A stretch of 32,398 bases of DNA, taken from the IMG/VR virus record IMGVR_UViG_3300030330_005657, positions 1 through 32,398 of that record; one strand, given 5' to 3'. Position 1 is the first letter of the stretch, and every line of letters starts with the position of its first letter. The notes beneath the pieces are model-generated. The model was not told the DNA's origin and made no database searches. It worked only from the letters and a program-made list of their open reading frames with translations. Shown piece after piece: positions 28,776 to 32,398 of the stretch. The position numbers and the translations under genes were made by a program. The stretch is from a virus (lineage: Duplodnaviria > Caudoviricetes).

Positions 28776-28915
28776 GTGTGAACCACGTGAACCACGTTCT
28801 ATAGGACACTATAATATATATAAATAATATACGCCATATATATAAATTCACCCCTAAATTTAATTTATTTTTACTTTCTGACGCACCTATATACTGTGGT
28901 TCACGTGGTACACAC
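28776..28915. repeat. 30-bp imperfect inverted repeat (26/30) flanking an 80-bp AT-rich spacer; origin-like element
   Basis: Left arm 28776-28805 GTGTGAACCACGTGAACCACGTTCTATAGG; right arm 28886-28915 reverse-complements to GTGTGTACCACGTGAACCACAGTATATAGG. The spacer has 17 G+C in 80 bp. Confidence 0.85.
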
Positions 28916-29056
28916 CTTTAAATCAATTTAAACATAAGTTATCGAAAACACTACACATTTCAATATATTGTTTTTTTGGTAATTCGTAAGAACAAATTAA
29001 CTCGATTTGCCACCCGTTTTTTTGTTCTGGTTTTTTTATGGACAAAAAATATCTAT

Positions 29057-29085
29057 TTGTTTCAAGATGTATATGCTTATATAAT
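29057..29085 (+). promoter_or_regulatory. Sigma70-type promoter for the plus-strand cassette
   Basis: TTGTTT-17 bp-TATAAT, followed by SD TAAGGAG and ATG 29116. Confidence 0.5.
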
Positions 29086-29115
29086 AATCTATCTTTCATG
29101 GTAAGGAGCCTCAAA

Positions 29116-29436
29116 ATGAACGATTTAACTTCTATTTTAGCAGAGATTATGCCTGCACTCATTTTTTGCGGAGGACTCCTTTGGAACTTCTCCAAGTCGA
29201 TTACAAAGATTGAGGCTAAGTTACAAGCGTTGGAGCACCAACTGGATGATTGTAAAAAAGGGATCGAGGGTAATCGACAGGGTAGGTTAGAGATCTTCGG
29301 TGTGATCAATGGAACACTAAAGCCTAAAGATAATGAGTTAAGTGAACGATTAGCTAAAGTGGAAGTGCGTGTCATCGCCCCTAGTGAAGTATACACTCGT
29401 CTAGCCAAAATTGAGGCAGAGATTGAGAAGAAGTAG
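29116..29436 (+). CDS. Membrane-anchored coiled-coil protein
   Basis: Strong SD; N-terminal hydrophobic helix (ILAEIMPALIFCGGLLW) followed by heptad-rich segments; stop abuts the cyclase ATG (TAGATG). Confidence 0.75.
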   Translation: MNDLTSILAEIMPALIFCGGLLWNFSKSITKIEAKLQALEHQLDDCKKGIEGNRQGRLEIFGVINGTLKPKDNELSERLAKVEVRVIAPSEVYTRLAKIEAEIEKK

Positions 29437-30279
29437 ATGGAACACTCTTTTGTAATCCTCGTTATGATCGACATTGTAGATAGCACCAAAACTACGGAGA
29501 GACTTGGTGACTTTAAGATGAGTCAAAAGATGCGTCTTTATGACAGGATTAGTAGAGGGTTACTTATAAAGTGGAATGGACTTGAGATAGATAGGACAGA
29601 CGGGTACCTCCTCCTTTTTGAGAATATGCGCGAGGCTTTAGAATACTCTACGGAGTATCATAAACTCGTGGAGCAACATCTAGGGTTTACAAGTCGCATT
29701 GGGATTCATGCAGGCATCGTCATCATGCATTCGAATGACACCTTCTTTGTAAGTCGAGGTGCTAAACCTATTGAGATCGAGGGTATCCAAAAGAGTGTAT
29801 GCGCTCGGATCATGTCCCTTGCGAATGGAGGACAAACATTACTGTCTAGTCGTGCGGGACAAATTGCTATGAGTATCCGTGGAAAACTAAAAATGGCGGA
29901 TATTGGAAAGTGGACATTCAAGGGAGTTAAGAAACCCATGCAACTTTACTCAATTTCATGGGATGCAAACCGTCTTAGGAGACCTAAAGGAAACCAAAAG
30001 GTTCAGATGGTGTCTCCTCCAAAATTAACTCCAGAGGAAAGACGTAGACAAAATGTAAGAAGGTACGTGGTCTACCCTATGTTACTTGCAACGTTATTGT
30101 GGGGATTACAACTTCTTGTTATTCTACGGTTCGTGTACCCGTTTAATGAGAACTTGATTAACCTTGAAAGATTTCTTGATTTTCTGCCTCAATTATTAGA
30201 ATTTGATACGTACATCAATTTCTTTGATTGGATATGGGAATGGCTACTCCACTTGCTATCTTTTTTCTATGTTCCCTAA
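29437..30279 (+). CDS. Class III nucleotidyl (adenylate/guanylate-family) cyclase with C-terminal transmembrane segment
   Basis: ILVMIDIVDST (first metal Asp), EIDRTDGYLLLF (second Asp), RIGIHAG, ARIMSLANGGQTLLS and FKGVKKP; TM segment VVYPMLLATLLWGLQLLVIL after a basic patch. Confidence 0.88.
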   Translation: MEHSFVILVMIDIVDSTKTTERLGDFKMSQKMRLYDRISRGLLIKWNGLEIDRTDGYLLLFENMREALEYSTEYHKLVEQHLGFTSRIGIHAGIVIMHSNDTFFVSRGAKPIEIEGIQKSVCARIMSLANGGQTLLSSRAGQIAMSIRGKLKMADIGKWTFKGVKKPMQLYSISWDANRLRRPKGNQKVQMVSPPKLTPEERRRQNVRRYVVYPMLLATLLWGLQLLVILRFVYPFNENLINLERFLDFLPQLLEFDTYINFFDWIWEWLLHLLSFFYVP

Positions 30280-30551
30280 TAGGCTGGTTCAAAGGTAACG
30301 CTAATAAAGTTGGTTTGTGTGACCTCTCTCTTTTAGAGTGGACGTTATACACAAGTATCCCAACGAGTTTTGCCATGTTATGGGCTTTTTGGAAGATACT
30401 AGATAAGTACGGGGCATGGACAGCGAATCTATGGATTGCCTGTATTGGGCTAGGTGTCACTCTTTGCATGAACACTGTGTGGTATGGAATCGAACCGAAG
30501 AAGGCTTTGGCCTTACTTGCGATTCTTGTTATCTCTATGATTGCTCGATGA
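30240..30551 (+). CDS. Small four-TM membrane protein (DMT/SMR-like)
   Basis: About 103 aa with four hydrophobic helices and the ending WYGIEPKKALALLAILVISM; overlaps the cyclase 3' end. Start could be 30234 or 30240. Confidence 0.6.
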   Translation: MATPLAIFFLCSLIGWFKGNANKVGLCDLSLLEWTLYTSIPTSFAMLWAFWKILDKYGAWTANLWIACIGLGVTLCMNTVWYGIEPKKALALLAILVISMIAR

Positions 30552-30807
30552 ACTTCGCAGGGAGTTCCCCTTGGTTCCGTTCCCGCACTTTTTCAAACCA
30601 TTCTAGCACTTGATAAAAAGTGTACTCTGGATACTTCAGTATAATCTCGTGAGGATCCCGTATATAAACGATGGCACTAAAAACGTGCAAAGGAATCCCC
30701 TTACTTAAAGTAAGATGGTGTCTTTTCAAGTCCGCATTAAAAATAAGAACCAGATCGAGGTCTGATCCGCACCGAATAATCGCTTCTCTACGCTTCGTGA
30801 AGGACAT
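30535..30807 (-). CDS. Hypothetical protein
   Basis: 90-aa ORF overlapping its upstream neighbour and convergent with the DMT-like gene. Confidence 0.6.
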   Translation of the reverse strand: MSFTKRREAIIRCGSDLDLVLIFNADLKRHHLTLSKGIPLHVFSAIVYIRDPHEIILKYPEYTFYQVLEWFEKVRERNQGELPAKFIEQS

Positions 30808-31045
30808 AATCTTTAATCTCTTGGTTTATATCTAGGTAGTTATCGTGAACCGTCTCAAACTCAACATTACCATCTACAGTGTATATCTCAAGGATACGAA
30901 CATCATCTACTGCGACAGTGATCTTTGCTTTTAAGTTAAGGGATTGGAAAAACTTTATTTTTGCAGAGATCCAATCAAAACGATCAACTAATGCGTAGTC
31001 GAAGTGGTTGTTATCGTTGCAGGTACAAATTACTTTCATGTTCAT
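30788..31045 (-). CDS. Hypothetical protein
   Basis: ATGA overlap with the upstream stop at 31042-31045 supports a start at 31045. Confidence 0.6.
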   Translation of the reverse strand: MNMKVICTCNDNNHFDYALVDRFDWISAKIKFFQSLNLKAKITVAVDDVRILEIYTVDGNVEFETVHDNYLDINQEIKDYVLHEA

Positions 31046-31275
31046 AGGAGCACCAGCTCTCGGTTCACAATCATAAACTTGATGGAGGAGGTGTACTTGT
31101 CTTCCCAAATGGAATAAAGGTAGGCTTCCAACGGTATCCCTTTTGGAAGTGCAGGATAGTCTTTAGGCTCGAATCTTGAGAGTTTATGTACCACAATTGT
31201 AGAGAAACATTTTGGCGAGTGGTAACTTCCCTTTTTGTCAAATGCGCTTAATAAAGTCTGCTTGTTAAAAATCAT
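31042..31275 (-). CDS. Hypothetical protein
   Basis: Strong SD AAAGGAG upstream of the ATG. Confidence 0.65.
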   Translation of the reverse strand: MIFNKQTLLSAFDKKGSYHSPKCFSTIVVHKLSRFEPKDYPALPKGIPLEAYLYSIWEDKYTSSIKFMIVNRELVLL

Positions 31276-31312
31276 AATAGACTCCTTTCGTTAGTATAAC
31301 GATGGAGGCTCC

Positions 31313-32398
31313 TTAAATCTTTTCAAAAAGATCTTTATCTGCAGTTTTTGTTGTCTTGCCACCGCTTAAGAACGAGTAAACACGAGCTTTTGCCCACTGT
31401 TGAGCTGTTGCTCCTACACGATGCCCACTTGTTGCCCAAGCTTTTAATCCTCGATCATAGACTTGCTCTAGTATCCTTTTGGATACGCCACTGACCTTTG
31501 CAGATGCACGCAGGAACTCATCTTTCCCTTTACCTTTGATTTCTTCTCGGATTTCACTCGCAATCTTTGTTTTTGAGTATTTACTTGGTTTAGTCTTTCG
31601 GTCATCACCTGTTAACGGCTTAAAAGATTGTTTTCCTCGCATTCTCTCTTGAATCTCTTTCTTCCTTTTTGCACGCTCTTTTCCTGTTAACCCCTCAAGA
31701 TACTTCGCTGGAACTTTAGGTTTTGCTTTTTCAATTGCTTCAAGCATACAATGTGCACCTACAAGACTTGCTTCAATTGCACCTTCTTCTGTACCCATAC
31801 CATCAAGGCACTTTTCAATATCCTCAAGGTCAAGTTTATCAAAGTGCCCTCTGCGGATAGCTTGGCCAATATTCTTTGCGAGAGTAAACTCGGTCTTTTT
31901 ACGAACCTTCAACCCCTTTTTGATGACGGACATAATCGGGTCGTTGATCACCACATCAAACTCAAGTTCGGGTTCGGGTTCGGGTTCGAGTTCGAGTTCG
32001 AGTGTATGCTCTCTGCTCTTACGCACTAGATCTAGGAACCCTCCTGTCTTCTCTTCTTCTGGATACTCCTCTCCAAATAAAGATAAAGCGAGGAAACTCC
32101 CTTTCTTAACCTTCTCTTCTTGTGCGACAGTTCGCTTGGCCCATGCGTACCCTGCGTCACCTCCCCACAACAACCAGCTAATATATGAATTAGATGGAGG
32201 GTTTGTGGTGTGGTGCTTCTTATACGCTTCGTGTCTACGAAAAAAAGCAAGCATCCTGCGTACAGTCTTATACGAGACAGATCCCGACTTGAGATCACTT
32301 GCACGTTGGACACCGCTACCGATTCCAAGTTTACCTGCCTCTTGCGTAGAGAGTCCACCTCGTCCTGTCTCTTTACGGAGCTTCAGACCACGTTCAGC
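31313..32398 (-). CDS. 5'-partial multidomain protein, probably head-associated (RMxxFFxRH/WGGDxG domain plus DUF5824-like C-terminus)
   Basis: The frame stays open from 32254 to the window edge (AERGLKLRKETGRGG...VQRASDL...TVRRMLAFFRRH). Contains ISWLLWGGDAGYAWA, and C-terminal VYDRGLKAWATSGHRVGATAQQWAKARVYSFL. Confidence 0.7.
   Translation of the reverse strand, partial: AERGLKLRKETGRGGLSTQEAGKLGIGSGVQRASDLKSGSVSYKTVRRMLAFFRRHEAYKKHHTTNPPSNSYISWLLWGGDAGYAWAKRTVAQEEKVKKGSFLALSLFGEEYPEEEKTGGFLDLVRKSREHTLELELEPEPEPELEFDVVINDPIMSVIKKGLKVRKKTEFTLAKNIGQAIRRGHFDKLDLEDIEKCLDGMGTEEGAIEASLVGAHCMLEAIEKAKPKVPAKYLEGLTGKERAKRKKEIQERMRGKQSFKPLTGDDRKTKPSKYSKTKIASEIREEIKGKGKDEFLRASAKVSGVSKRILEQVYDRGLKAWATSGHRVGATAQQWAKARVYSFLSGGKTTKTADKDLFEKI
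31966..32001. repeat. In-frame hexamer tandem repeat (GTTCGG)3(GTTCGA)3 encoding a Leu-Glu/Pro-Glu linker
   Basis: Six consecutive 6-bp units; the protein reads LELELEPEPEPELE across this region. Confidence 0.9.

Noticed and set aside
28923-29489. 188-aa minus-strand ORF
   Set aside because: Antisense to the plus-strand gene with a strong SD and promoter; no recognisable motif.
29116-30551. Canonical Pycsar or CBASS system
   Set aside because: No cNMP-binding, TIR, SAVED or CD-NTase motifs recognised; kept only as an analogy.
30535-31275. Shared LxKGIPL motif in two small ORFs, suggesting paralogy
   Set aside because: The similarity does not visibly extend beyond about 7 residues.
29102-31315. 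11-bp inverted repeat TAAGGAGCCTC (29102-29112 and 31305-31315) bracketing the accessory genes, as a possible invertible segment
   Set aside because: Short, mostly SD sequence, expected by chance at this window size, and no recombinase is in the window.

Overview
The window is a densely coded segment of a contractile-tailed (myovirus-type) dsDNA phage genome, read almost entirely on the minus strand, with no sign of stop-codon recoding. From right to left it carries a partial putative head-associated gene, three small ORFs, an oppositely oriented three-gene cassette (TM/coiled-coil protein, class III nucleotidyl cyclase with a membrane anchor, small 4-TM DMT/SMR-like protein), an AT-rich inverted-repeat element at the strand switch, and a Bro-N-like gene. 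These are followed by a SPO1/Twort (Herelleviridae)-like virion module: prohead protease, scaffold, major capsid, neck, sheath, tube, frameshifted tail chaperone, tape measure, baseplate and fibre genes. Then come a holin-like gene, DUF3310, terminase large subunit, a KTSC protein, family A DNA polymerase, an SLT lytic transglycosylase, an N6-adenine methyltransferase and a 22-bp tandem repeat at the left edge. The most notable observations are: (1) the phage-borne cyclase/membrane cassette; (2) apparent elimination of GCNGC, CCNGG and GGWCC sites, strong enough that I found no Ala-Ala or Pro-Gly dipeptide in any protein and conserved motifs appear rewritten; (3) a +1 UUU_CGC frameshift in the tail chaperone; (4) an origin-like inverted repeat; (5) a copy of the capsid N-arm inside the protease. 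All family calls come from motif recognition by eye; no database searches or k-mer counts were run.
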